Below, in pieces: positions 1 through 8,163 of a stretch of 41,785 nucleotides of DNA. The DNA comes from a virus (taxonomy: Duplodnaviria; Caudoviricetes). Position 1 is the first letter of the stretch; each line of letters starts with the position of its first letter. The DNA lies in the IMG/VR virus record IMGVR_UViG_3300011422_000004, positions 1 to 41,785 of that record; one strand, 5' to 3'. A program made the translations under genes and the position numbers. Below the pieces are notes generated by a model. That model did no database searches and was not told where the DNA came from. It worked only from the letters and a program-made list of their open reading frames with translations.

Positions 1-123
1 CATCCAACGCCCTGGCATCCCGGTCCCCCTGCCCCTCACCCGTGGCGGCACGGAAGCCACCACGCCTGCCGGCGCGCGCACCAAGCTCGAGCTCGGGGAC
101 CTCGCCCTCCTGACGGCGCCAGG
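1..123. repeat. Terminal direct repeat, left copy (circular assembly overlap)
   Basis: Bases 1-123 (CATCCAACGC...GCGCCAGG) are identical to 41663-41785. Confidence 0.97.
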
Positions 124-2476
124 GGGGACCACGACGTTCCTGCGTGCCGATAAAACGTGGGCCGTACCCCCTGGTGGTGGTGGCGGTGGCGTTTCGACCT
201 TCCTCGAACTCACCGACGCGCCCGATACGTACGCCGGGCAGGGCGGCCTCAGCGTGCGTGTCAACGCTTTAGCCACGGCGCTGGAGTTCGCAGCCCTGCC
301 GGCGGCCTCGGAGACCGCCCCAGGCCTGGTCGAACTCGCCACCACCGCGGAGGTGCAGGCCGGCACGGATACGACACGCGCCGTGACGCCGGCCGCCCTC
401 GCGGCGAAGCTCCCCCTGACCACGAAGGGCGACCTGCTTGTGCAGGGCGCGAGCGTGCTGACGCGGCTGCCGTTGGGCACGGACGGCCAGGTGCTGACGG
501 CGGACGCGGCGCTGGCGCTGGGCGTCAAGTGGGCGACGCCCGCAGGCGGCGGCACGAACTACTGGAGCCGCGTCGATCTGGGCGGCTCGACCCTGGCGAC
601 GGGGCTCCTCGCCTTCTGGCCCATGGAAGAAGCCACGGGCAACCGCCTCGACAGTGTCAGCAGCCAGGCCCTCATTCCCACCGGCACCGCGGTCCAGGTG
701 TCCAATGCCGCAGGCAAAATTGGCCAGGCCCTCGCCATGAATGGCACCGCGGGCACGTACCTGAGCATTGCCGACAACGCCACCTTCTCTGCAGCCCCCA
801 ATATGAGCCTGACGGTGGCGTGCTGGGTCTATGTCGCGGGGACGGGCGCCAACATGGGCTTTCTCGGCAAGGGCTCCGCTGCCGTCAGCAGCAATAATGT
901 GGAATATCTGCTCTGGCTCTTTGGGAGTCAGTGGTGTTTCATGGTGGGGAGTGGCAGTTCGTTCGTCAACCTGGCCTCGCCTACGACGCCGGTTGCCAAT
1001 ACCTGGACGCTGCTGGTGGGCTGGTACGATCATGTCGCCGACCTCCAGTATATCCAGGTCAATAACGGCACGCCGACGCAAGTCGCCAACTCGGCAGGCT
1101 CCTACGATTCGACGCTGGCCTTTGAAGTGGGGCGGACGGTCGGGCATGCCACGCAATCCCTCACGGGTCGTCTGGACATGCCCTCGTTCTGGAAGCGCGT
1201 GCTGACGCCAGCGGAGCGGACGTCCCTGTGGAACAACGGCAACGGCCTGGCCTATCCCTTCCTGACGCCCTCGCAACTCAAGACCGTCACGGCTGGCGAT
1301 CAAGTCCTCCTCGCGGAGACGGCCCTCACCGCAGAGCGGCTTGAAGTCGAGAGTGGCATCAAGGTTGGCAACTCGACCGGCACGCTCGATGGCATCCTCC
1401 GCTGGACGGGCACCGAGTTCGAGGGCCGCAAAGCCGGCGCCTGGGTGCCGCTGACGCGCCCGACACTCCCTCTGGCCATCGCGGAGGGGGGCACTGGCGC
1501 CACGACCGCGGCGACCGCACGCACGGCGCTGGGGCTGGGCACGCTGGCGGAGCAGCACGCCAACGCGGTGGCGATTACGGGGGGGAGTGCGGCGCTGAGT
1601 ACGCTGCAAGCTGCGAACATCGGTGCTGGCATAGCGCCAATGTCCAACGTGCGTGTTGCGGCTGCGAATAACCCCGCGAACGATTCGATTGGTTTTTATA
1701 CGACGCAAGCAGCGGGTACTGGATCGTATGCGGCATACTGTGCAGGCACCGCGCCCTCCTATTTTGGCGGCCCTATCACAGTCAGTAATGGCAGTGATGC
1801 TGCACTGACTACGGGTGGATACCTTCGCTCAACAGGCGAAGTCGTCGATAACCTTAATGTTGATGGTCGTAGCGCGTTCTACACGACGATGGCTGCGGCT
1901 GGAGCCACTGGTAAACGTGCGATTAATTGCGCAGGAGATGCGCCCTCCTATTTTGGCGGCGAGGTGACGGTGGCGTCGAGCGTGGCGATCAATACAACCG
2001 TCTTGGGGAATGCCCGTCTCCATATTAAGCACGATAAGAATCTCTATCATGCCATCCAGATTCAGGCACTCGCCACGGATGGAGGCGGTGGCTATGCTCT
2101 CAATTTGTTGAACGTGGCAGGAACACAAGTCGGCTCGATTCTTACCACTGGCTCTGGCACTTCGTTTGGCACAACGTCTGACGTGCGCCTCAAGCACGCC
2201 ATCGCCACGCTCACCGGCGCGCTGGAACGGGTACGAGCGCTGCGGCCTGTCACATTTACGTGGAACGCGGACGACACCCCTGGCATCGGTTTCCTCGCGC
2301 ACGAACTCCAGGCACAGATTCCTGAAGCCGTCACAGGTGAGCCAGATGCGGTGGATGCGCAGGGGGACGTCGTGCCCCAGCAGGTGGACAACTCAAAAGT
2401 GGTGCCCTGGCTTGTTGGCGCGATCCAGCAACTCCTAGCGCGTGTGGAAGCGTTAGAGGCAACCCTCGGCGCATAG
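2..2476 (+). CDS. Tail fibre/receptor-binding protein with LamG-like domain and C-terminal peptidase S74 chaperone
   Basis: Open frame from base 2. Fibre motifs GLVELATTAEV and GGTGATTAATARTALGLG; LamG-like segment (FWPMEE...WTLLVGWYD...LTPAERTSLWN); S74 motif SDVRLKH...LRPVTFTW...GFLAHEL...AIQQLLARVEALE. Confidence 0.9.
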   Translation: MQRPGIPVPLPLTRGGTEATTPAGARTKLELGDLALLTAPGGTTTFLRADKTWAVPPGGGGGGVSTFLELTDAPDTYAGQGGLSVRVNALATALEFAALPAASETAPGLVELATTAEVQAGTDTTRAVTPAALAAKLPLTTKGDLLVQGASVLTRLPLGTDGQVLTADAALALGVKWATPAGGGTNYWSRVDLGGSTLATGLLAFWPMEEATGNRLDSVSSQALIPTGTAVQVSNAAGKIGQALAMNGTAGTYLSIADNATFSAAPNMSLTVACWVYVAGTGANMGFLGKGSAAVSSNNVEYLLWLFGSQWCFMVGSGSSFVNLASPTTPVANTWTLLVGWYDHVADLQYIQVNNGTPTQVANSAGSYDSTLAFEVGRTVGHATQSLTGRLDMPSFWKRVLTPAERTSLWNNGNGLAYPFLTPSQLKTVTAGDQVLLAETALTAERLEVESGIKVGNSTGTLDGILRWTGTEFEGRKAGAWVPLTRPTLPLAIAEGGTGATTAATARTALGLGTLAEQHANAVAITGGSAALSTLQAANIGAGIAPMSNVRVAAANNPANDSIGFYTTQAAGTGSYAAYCAGTAPSYFGGPITVSNGSDAALTTGGYLRSTGEVVDNLNVDGRSAFYTTMAAAGATGKRAINCAGDAPSYFGGEVTVASSVAINTTVLGNARLHIKHDKNLYHAIQIQALATDGGGGYALNLLNVAGTQVGSILTTGSGTSFGTTSDVRLKHAIATLTGALERVRALRPVTFTWNADDTPGIGFLAHELQAQIPEAVTGEPDAVDAQGDVVPQQVDNSKVVPWLVGAIQQLLARVEALEATLGA

Positions 2477-2487
2477 AAAGGACGGAG

Positions 2488-3072
2488 TTATGCCCTCCTG
2501 CGCTTCTTTGCTGCGGGTGCGATGGTCAATAAGAGTGGTTGTACCGGAATATGAGGAGCACTCGTATGCTTCTTGGAATTGCAGGATCTACATGCACCGA
2601 TAACGTTGTGTAGCGTATGCGAACCGCCTTGACTTAAGGGCTGGACATGGTCTTGCGTGAGATGCCACTTAAAACGTTTTCCGCAGTAGTAGCAGCGGTG
2701 GTCTTGTGCCGACTGAATTTCTCGCCACTGTGCTGCGGTGAGATCATTGATGGGAGCGCCCTTTTTGCGAGCGCTGTAGCTTTTCGTCCAAGCGGCGCTC
2801 AATTCAGGATGGGCATGTCTGCGGGCGCGAGACTTGGCGGTAAGTTCTGCCCGATGTATGAGACCATAAGCCTGCTGATAAGCAGCACGCTCTGCCTTGT
2901 GCGTTTCACCGTATTCACGGGCATAGGCAAGCGCGTGTTCTCTTTGAGCAACATACCAGGCGCGTTTCCTGGCATTCTGCTTGGCTCGTTCTTCTTCTGT
3001 CCATTGCAAACGCTTCGCATTTGCCCAGGCGTTCTTATAGGCACGGTCGGCTTCACGATTTTTGCGCGCCAT
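2488..3072 (-). CDS. HNH endonuclease A with N-terminal ~15-aa helical repeats
   Basis: CYYC...DHVQPLSQGGSHTLHNVIGACRSCN is an HNH (McrA-like) motif; antisense to flanking structural genes; lower GC. Confidence 0.92.
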   Translation of the reverse strand: MARKNREADRAYKNAWANAKRLQWTEEERAKQNARKRAWYVAQREHALAYAREYGETHKAERAAYQQAYGLIHRAELTAKSRARRHAHPELSAAWTKSYSARKKGAPINDLTAAQWREIQSAQDHRCYYCGKRFKWHLTQDHVQPLSQGGSHTLHNVIGACRSCNSKKHTSAPHIPVQPLLLTIAPAAKKRRRA

Positions 3073-3158
3073 GAGTCCATCCTCCGTAGATGGTCCGGGT
3101 TAGGTGTCCAGCAACGCGCCGGAAACGCGCTTGTCGGGTTGCAATCCCTAGCTGGACA
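3073..3158 (-). ncRNA. Structured leader RNA A (c4-antisense-like three-way junction plus RBS hairpin)
   Basis: Minus strand: UGUCCAGC-UA-GGG AUUGCAA CCC-GACAAG-CGCG UUUCCGG CGCG-UU-GCUGGACA, followed by CCGGA and CGGAGG (RBS), which are complementary to the loop; covaries with copy B. Confidence 0.7.
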
Positions 3159-3163
3159 AAGAA

Positions 3164-3172
3164 AGTATACCA
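3164..3172 (-). promoter_or_regulatory. Extended -10 promoter for leader RNA/HNH A
   Basis: TGGTATACT on the minus strand, 5 nt upstream of the RNA stem; copy B has TGCTATACT at the equivalent position. Confidence 0.7.
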
Positions 3173-3173
3173 G

Positions 3174-3205
3174 AATTATATCTTAGTTTAGGAGAAACTA
3201 CCATG
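3174..3205 (+). promoter_or_regulatory. Conserved cassette-end motif A containing the RBS of the downstream gene
   Basis: AATTATATCTTAGTTTAGGAGAAACTACCATG, 28/32 identical to 31423-31454. Confidence 0.8.
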
Positions 3206-3490
3206 CCTATGTCTGTTTTGGAACACGATACGCTCGCCAAAAGTTTTGCCGTGGCGAAAACGCTCCTGAACGACTTGCAACCCAAGCTCGCGGGGCTGGC
3301 GCAGATTTACGATAGTGAGGGCGGCATGCAAACCACGCTCACGCAAGAGGAACTCGACGAGCTGCCCGAATTGAGCGGCTTAACCGTGCAGCAGGTCACA
3401 GATGGGATGTACGCCATGACTACGATCATCTTGCCTGGTATCGTCAATGGCTATCCCGCGCTGGCCCAGCTCGCGGCGCGCTTCCTATGA
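3203..3490 (+). CDS. Hypothetical phage protein (tail-fibre associated?)
   Basis: RBS AGGAGA; 95 aa; first of an overlapping gene chain. Confidence 0.75.
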   Translation: MPMSVLEHDTLAKSFAVAKTLLNDLQPKLAGLAQIYDSEGGMQTTLTQEELDELPELSGLTVQQVTDGMYAMTTIILPGIVNGYPALAQLAARFL

Positions 3491-3747
3491 GCGCCGCGCT
3501 GCGCCCCGCCGCTGAGGCCCGCCTGGCCACGCTACGCCAGGAAATTGTCACGGGACGCGAGGCACTGACGCAGCTGGAACAGCGCCGGGCTGCGCTCACG
3601 GACATGCTCCTACGCATTGAGGGCGCCGTGCAGGTGCTCGAAGAAGTATTGGCCACGCGCGAACCAGCTGCCCCGTCTGCGGACGGAACACCAGAGGAGG
3701 ACCCATGCCAGAACCCCAACGAGGCCGCGCCTACGAATTCTCGCTGA
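3487..3747 (+). CDS. Small coiled-coil hypothetical protein
   Basis: ATGA overlap; LLRIEGAVQVLEEVL heptad pattern. Confidence 0.7.
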   Translation: MSAALRPAAEARLATLRQEIVTGREALTQLEQRRAALTDMLLRIEGAVQVLEEVLATREPAAPSADGTPEEDPCQNPNEAAPTNSR

Positions 3748-4340
3748 GCCTGGTGAGCGCGGCCACTGGCCAGCTCCTTGCCAGTCCCCCACTCGCCGCC
3801 GGGGATTTTCGCGTCGCCAAAGACCACGGCGCCTTGACCACCCTCGCGACCCTCCCCACCGTGGCGCCAGCGGGCTCCGCCATCGTGCGCGTGCAGCTCA
3901 GTGCCACCGAGATGACCGCGAACCAGGTGGACGTCTACGCGCACGATCCGGACGGCGTCTGGGAGGACGTGCACGTGCAGATCCAGCCGACCCTGACGCT
4001 CGGCAGTGATAGCCGCGTCCTCCTCTCTGCCGACCCGCAGCCCGCCCTGACGCTGGCGGTGGGCGCCATCACCGCGGCGCAGCTGGCGCTCGACGCCTGC
4101 CAGAAGGTGGCCGACATCCTGGCCAGACGCCACACCAGCGCGATCGAGGCCTCGCCGCACGGCGAGACGCTGGACGTGAATTCGCTCTACGGCGCGCTGG
4201 CGATGACGACCGGGCATAAGCGCGATACCACGACGCACGCGGACGCGCTCACGGTGTATCAGTCCAACGGCACGACGGAGCTCGCGCAGGTTCCGCTGCA
4301 GACGGACGCCCTCGCGGCGCCGATCGTCGAGGTGGGGTGA
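3705..4340 (+). CDS. Hypothetical virion-associated protein
   Basis: RBS GAGGAGG; 211 aa; GC3-rich codons. Confidence 0.7.
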   Translation: MPEPQRGRAYEFSLSLVSAATGQLLASPPLAAGDFRVAKDHGALTTLATLPTVAPAGSAIVRVQLSATEMTANQVDVYAHDPDGVWEDVHVQIQPTLTLGSDSRVLLSADPQPALTLAVGAITAAQLALDACQKVADILARRHTSAIEASPHGETLDVNSLYGALAMTTGHKRDTTTHADALTVYQSNGTTELAQVPLQTDALAAPIVEVG

Positions 4341-4753
4341 CAGGCGCCTGGGAGAGCACCGTGGCCGAACCGACGTCTGCAGCCACACCAGCGCCGGCCG
4401 CGCCGCCGGCCGGCGCGGCGACAAAATGGTGGCAGTGGCTCATCGTCTATCCAGCACTCGGGACCAGCCTGTTTGCCGCGGTGCCACGGGTGTGGGAAGA
4501 ATATAAGGCGCTACGCATGGGCGTGGCACGCGACCAGCTTCAGCTGGCGCAGGAGCAGCAGCGGCTCTGGCAAGCCAATTTGGAGTGTCTTCAGCAGGGG
4601 AGTAGCTACGAGGTGGATGGGCCGCATAACATTGTCGTGCGTGTGACCCTGTGCCAGCGCACGGGCGATACGCTGCTCCGGTATCACGTAGGCGACTGGA
4701 GCCCAATATATAGGTGGGTTTCACTTCCAGTGGAGAAGGTGAAGAAGCCGTGA
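4337..4753 (+). CDS. Single-pass membrane protein (possible lysis accessory)
   Basis: Hydrophobic WWQWLIVYPALGTSLFAAV followed by a Q-rich helix and two Cys. Confidence 0.65.
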   Translation: MTGAWESTVAEPTSAATPAPAAPPAGAATKWWQWLIVYPALGTSLFAAVPRVWEEYKALRMGVARDQLQLAQEQQRLWQANLECLQQGSSYEVDGPHNIVVRVTLCQRTGDTLLRYHVGDWSPIYRWVSLPVEKVKKP

Positions 4754-5328
4754 GAGCCCTCCTGCTCCTCGTCCTCCTCCTCGCCGTCTGCGCCTGCGCT
4801 GGCCCCCGCGACTACGTCGTGCTCCTGCCGGGTGGCACCGCGCCGCTCACCATCACCACCGCGCAGGGGCTTTCCCTGACGCTCGACACCGTGTACCAGA
4901 CGGCCACCGCGCGGCCGAGCGGCCGGCTCGAGGCCGGGATCACCACCGCCGAGATCGTGCAGGCGCGCTACGGCGCGGTGCTGCAAGCGACGCCGGAGGC
5001 GGGGCGGCTGTTTACGCTGCATTTCCAGACAGGTGGAACCACGCTCACGCCGGAGAGCCAGGCGGAGGTCCCGGGGCTGCTCGCCGAGGTCGTCCGGCGT
5101 GGCGCGGTCGAGCTCGAGATTACGGGCCACACCGATCAGCAGGGCAGTGATCAGGTCAACGATCCACTCTCCCTGGCCCGGGCAGAGGCGGTGCGCACAC
5201 TGCTCGTCGCGCAGGGCCTGACGGCCACGTTCGTGCGCGTCGTGGGACGTGGGGCCAGGGCGCCGCTCGTCGACGCCCCGGGGGAGCCGAACGCCACGAA
5301 TCGGCGTGTCGAGGTACTCATCCGTTAA
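4750..5328 (+). CDS. OmpA-family (peptidoglycan-binding) lipoprotein
   Basis: GTG overlapping the previous stop; lipoprotein signal RALLLLVLLLAVC; OmpA C-domain motifs GHTD...N..LSLARAEAV...GRG...NRRVEV. Confidence 0.88.
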   Translation: MRALLLLVLLLAVCACAGPRDYVVLLPGGTAPLTITTAQGLSLTLDTVYQTATARPSGRLEAGITTAEIVQARYGAVLQATPEAGRLFTLHFQTGGTTLTPESQAEVPGLLAEVVRRGAVELEITGHTDQQGSDQVNDPLSLARAEAVRTLLVAQGLTATFVRVVGRGARAPLVDAPGEPNATNRRVEVLIR

Positions 5329-5833
5329 GAGCTTGCCCCGGGCTGGACCCGTGGTCCTCGCGTCCCTCCCAGCAGGCGCACTCGCGCTCGCGCCGCGCCG
5401 TCAGGCCTCGGATGACGTGCCCGCCCGCCCGGTTCCACCGCCGCAGCTCGTCCGGCACGGCGTCCAGGTCCCCCGCATTCAGATGCGAAAGCAGCGTCGA
5501 GTGCCGCATGGCGGTGATCCCGACATTGAACACCCATGAGAGCAGCGCGTCCGCCTGGTGTGGTGCCAGCTCCACCTGCACGGCGTCTGTCAGTGCCCTT
5601 TCGCACGCGGCGAGGTCCTGCGCCAGGAGCTGGTCGATTTCGCGCGCCGTGAGCGCCCGCGCGCGGTAGGACACCGCCACGCCGGCGATGGACAGGACGC
5701 CGGTGCGCTGTTCGTCGGCCGTGAGCAGGTGACCACAGCCGACCGTCTCCAGCCCGGCGACGTCCAGGTACGGCGTGGCGCGCACGCCCTCGAGCGCCTG
5801 GAGCATGCGCCTGCCGTGCTCAGACATCTGCAC
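5318..5833 (-). CDS. Endolysin, GH24 phage lysozyme
   Basis: Catalytic E-x8-D-x5-T (EGVRATPYLDVAGLET), ALLSWVFNVG, WNRAGG..IRGLTARRERE. Start is GTG 5833 or ATG 5827. Confidence 0.92.
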   Translation of the reverse strand: MQMSEHGRRMLQALEGVRATPYLDVAGLETVGCGHLLTADEQRTGVLSIAGVAVSYRARALTAREIDQLLAQDLAACERALTDAVQVELAPHQADALLSWVFNVGITAMRHSTLLSHLNAGDLDAVPDELRRWNRAGGHVIRGLTARRERECACWEGREDHGSSPGQALNG

Positions 5834-6008
5834 CGGGCATCTCCTCCTCGTGCACACCCTCCTCCAGGACCTGGTCAATCAGCGTATCGATCCGCTCGCA
5901 GATCGCCTCCAGCGCGAGCTTGTGCGGCGAGAAGTCCACGCGCGCGCATTCCGCCTGGAGGGCGTCGGCGACGGCGCAGAGGGCAGAAAACAGCGTTTTC
6001 CTGGTCAA
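5820..6008 (-). CDS. Hypothetical protein
   Basis: Strong RBS GGAGGAGG before TTG 6008; acidic helical C-terminus; start uncertain. Confidence 0.5.
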   Translation of the reverse strand: MTRKTLFSALCAVADALQAECARVDFSPHKLALEAICERIDTLIDQVLEEGVHEEEMPGADV

Positions 6009-6121
6009 TCTTGCCTCCTCCTTCCTCCTGGCGTATCCTGCCCTCACGTCGCTATGCATCAGCGACTCTTTCGTCGATCCCGCTGCGGGTGCAGGGTGGC
6101 CTGTGGCGGGTGGCGACGGCG

Positions 6122-6424
6122 CTAGCACACCCCGCCGTCGCGTTCGCGCTGCGGCGGCACCCGCCCGTCCACATCAGGCGCCACCGGCACCAGGCAATCC
6201 CCGCGCGCGTGCCACACCTGCACGCCCTGCGACAGCGCGCCGCGCCGGGCCTGCTCCGCCTCCCACACCGCCGCGGCGACCGCCAGGCGCTGCTCGCAGC
6301 CGTCCCAGCCGCAAATCACGTACACCGTCCTGCCAGCGGGCGTTTCTAGGGCGCTGTGCGCCTGGTCGAGCGGGTGCGCCTTCGTGGCGTGCGCCGCGGT
6401 CGAGCGGACGGCGCCTTCTAGCAT
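6122..6424 (-). CDS. Hypothetical protein
   Basis: RBS GGAGGAG, ATG 6424 (MLEGAVRST...), C-x4-C; coupled to the upstream ORF. Confidence 0.55.
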   Translation of the reverse strand: MLEGAVRSTAAHATKAHPLDQAHSALETPAGRTVYVICGWDGCEQRLAVAAAVWEAEQARRGALSQGVQVWHARGDCLVPVAPDVDGRVPPQRERDGGVC

Positions 6425-6594
6425 GGCGTCTCCTCCTTTGGCGTCCACTGCGCCAGCACGGCCTGCGCGGCGGCGTCCCAGGCGCGGTGGATCTCTGGCG
6501 CGAGATGGCGCCAGGCCGGTTTCGTCCAGGTGTGATCCAACGTCGCGCAATACGCCTCGTAGGCGATCTGGCCTGGGGTGGGGGTGTCGCTCAT
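6418..6594 (-). CDS. Small protein, TPGQIAYEAY family copy 1 (58 aa, not in the ORF track)
   Basis: Hand translation MSDTPTPGQIAYEAYCATLDHTWTKPAWRHLAPEIHRAWDAAAQAVLAQW...; paralogue at 6841-7047. Confidence 0.75.
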   Translation of the reverse strand: MSDTPTPGQIAYEAYCATLDHTWTKPAWRHLAPEIHRAWDAAAQAVLAQWTPKEETPC

Positions 6595-6848
6595 GACGTC
6601 TCCTTCTGGCGCCAGAACGTGCGCCAGGCATAGGGCATGCAGTCCGCCGGGAGGACAGACACCATGGTCTCATCATAGGTTTCCATGAGCACGTCATGAT
6701 GGGGGGCATAGGTGTCGTGTCTGAGTGCCCACCTGAATGCACGGACATGCTCTGCATCCGAAATTGGATAAAAGTGGGCTTCAAACGTCGCACGGTCGAG
6801 CACGCCATAGATCCCGTTCCAGGCTGGGGGCGTGGTGGTGTCAGGCAT
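6591..6848 (-). CDS. Hypothetical protein
   Basis: RBS GGAGGA, MPDTTTPPAW...; overlaps its neighbours. Confidence 0.6.
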   Translation of the reverse strand: MPDTTTPPAWNGIYGVLDRATFEAHFYPISDAEHVRAFRWALRHDTYAPHHDVLMETYDETMVSVLPADCMPYAWRTFWRQKETS

Positions 6849-7047
6849 GGTCGTCCTCCTGCGTCGGGTGGGCCGGCATGGGGAAGTCCGGTGACGCGAT
6901 CCACGCCGTAATCGCGGCCTCAGCGGCGGCGTCCCAGGCGCGGTGGATCTCTGGAAGCTGCGCAAAGTCTGGTGTGCCCCACGGGGCAAGCGGGACCATG
7001 ATGGCCACATACGCCTCGTAGGCGATCTGGCCGGGGGTTGGGATCAT
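6841..7047 (-). CDS. Small protein, TPGQIAYEAY family copy 2
   Basis: MIPTPGQIAYEAY...EIHRAWDAAAEAA; RBS GGAGG. Confidence 0.75.
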   Translation of the reverse strand: MIPTPGQIAYEAYVAIMVPLAPWGTPDFAQLPEIHRAWDAAAEAAITAWIASPDFPMPAHPTQEDDHA

Positions 7048-7325
7048 GGGGTGTCCTCCGGGGCATGCCTCGGACAGTAATCCGTGTCCGGCTCCCGGTG
7101 CACCGCGTGCACCGCGCACACCGCCGCATCGCACGTGCGTTGGCGCGTCGCCTCCGGTCGCACCACCGCATCACACAGTACCAGCCGGAGTCCCTCCGCC
7201 TGGCCGGGAAGTCGCTGCCCCTCCTTCCTCTGACACACCACACAGCGCCGGGGTTCGGGCCGCCGGCCGCCGTGGCAGATGATGGTGACACCGCCATCAG
7301 GGTCCACACGTCGTTCACACCACAT
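7044..7325 (-). CDS. Cys/His-rich zinc-finger-like phage protein
   Basis: MWCERR...IICHG...CVVC...LCD...TCDAAVCAVH...DYCPRH. Confidence 0.7.
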   Translation of the reverse strand: MWCERRVDPDGGVTIICHGGRRPEPRRCVVCQRKEGQRLPGQAEGLRLVLCDAVVRPEATRQRTCDAAVCAVHAVHREPDTDYCPRHAPEDTP

Positions 7326-7537
7326 CAGGACCTCCCTTCGTCTGGCCCGTCCTCCCACAGCTCCCCCTGCACCGCCCGGTGCTCCCGTCGGTGCTCGCGC
7401 ACGCACGCGTCGCACAGCGCCGCCGTCCACGTGCGGCCCTGCCAGACGCGCACGGTGGCGGGCTGCGTCCAGCACGCCGTACACACGGGCTGGTGGGGCG
7501 GCAGCGGCTCGTAGCGAAAGCGCGGCGTGGTGGTCAT
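7325..7537 (-). CDS. Small zinc-ribbon protein
   Basis: CTAC...LCDAC; coupled overlaps. Confidence 0.6.
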   Translation of the reverse strand: MTTTPRFRYEPLPPHQPVCTACWTQPATVRVWQGRTWTAALCDACVREHRREHRAVQGELWEDGPDEGRS

Positions 7538-7770
7538 AACGGGGGCGTCTCCATCCGAATATACCGCACCGCTGCCGTGGGTTCCGCGTCGGCAAACCCT
7601 TCCTTGTGGAGATCACACATGAGGCTATAGCCGATATTGTGCAGGTTCTGCACCCACCACGTGGCCTGATTGAGGCAGGGGAGGTCCTCCCGCCACAGGG
7701 CCCAGCAGGTGCCGTGCCCCATCCGTGCAACTTCTTCGCTCTGCCACGGAATGATCCGGATGTCGCTCAC
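7534..7770 (-). CDS. Hypothetical protein
   Basis: RBS GGAGGAG, GTG start, Cys/His motifs. Confidence 0.55.
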   Translation of the reverse strand: MSDIRIIPWQSEEVARMGHGTCWALWREDLPCLNQATWWVQNLHNIGYSLMCDLHKEGFADAEPTAAVRYIRMETPPL

Positions 7771-7916
7771 GGCTCCTCCTCCCCCTCTTCATCCGCGAGG
7801 ATCGCCCCCGTACACGAGCGTTCGCAGCCGTCCTCGCCGCAGTGCGGGCAGGGCGTGTCGTCGTCGTCCTCGTCCATGCCCGTCTCGTCTGGCGTCCAGC
7901 TCCAGTGCTCAGCCAT
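7767..7916 (-). CDS. Small acidic Cys-rich protein
   Basis: MAEHWSW...DEDDDD.PCPHCGEDGC; RBS GGGAGG. Confidence 0.5.
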   Translation of the reverse strand: MAEHWSWTPDETGMDEDDDDTPCPHCGEDGCERSCTGAILADEEGEEEP

Positions 7917-8163
7917 CGTCCTCCCCTCCCGCTCGCATCCCCCCCTCGCCACGCGGCTGCCCTCTCGCCACAGCCAGCCGGGCCACCTCCTGGTGGCAGC
8001 GGTGGCAGTGGATGACCACCACGGCGGCGCCCAGGTACGTCAGATCGACGCCGGCAGCGCGGTGGCAGGACGGCGTCAGCCTGACCCCCTGTGCCCCCGC
8101 GCCTCTTCGTAGGCGCAGGACGTGGTCGAGGCCAGCCGTGGTCAGGCACCGCGTGCCACTCAT
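7909..8163 (-). CDS. Hypothetical zinc-binding protein
   Basis: LTPSCH..AGVDLTY...IHCHRC; RBS GGAGG. Confidence 0.6.
   Translation of the reverse strand: MSGTRCLTTAGLDHVLRLRRGAGAQGVRLTPSCHRAAGVDLTYLGAAVVVIHCHRCHQEVARLAVARGQPRGEGGMRAGGEDDG

Noticed and set aside
1-123. Biological terminal repeat from packaging
   Set aside because: It falls mid-gene in the tail fibre, far from terS; more likely an assembly overlap of a circular or permuted genome.
1751-1960. Diversity-generating retroelement TR/VR pair
   Set aside because: The repeat is 21 bp and exact, with no adenine-specific mismatches, and there is no reverse transcriptase in the genome.
2488-3172. IscB/HEARO-type RNA-guided nuclease
   Set aside because: No RuvC or PLMP motifs; the RNA core is about 55 nt and its variable loop matches its own RBS rather than an external target. 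Guidance is not excluded but is unsupported.
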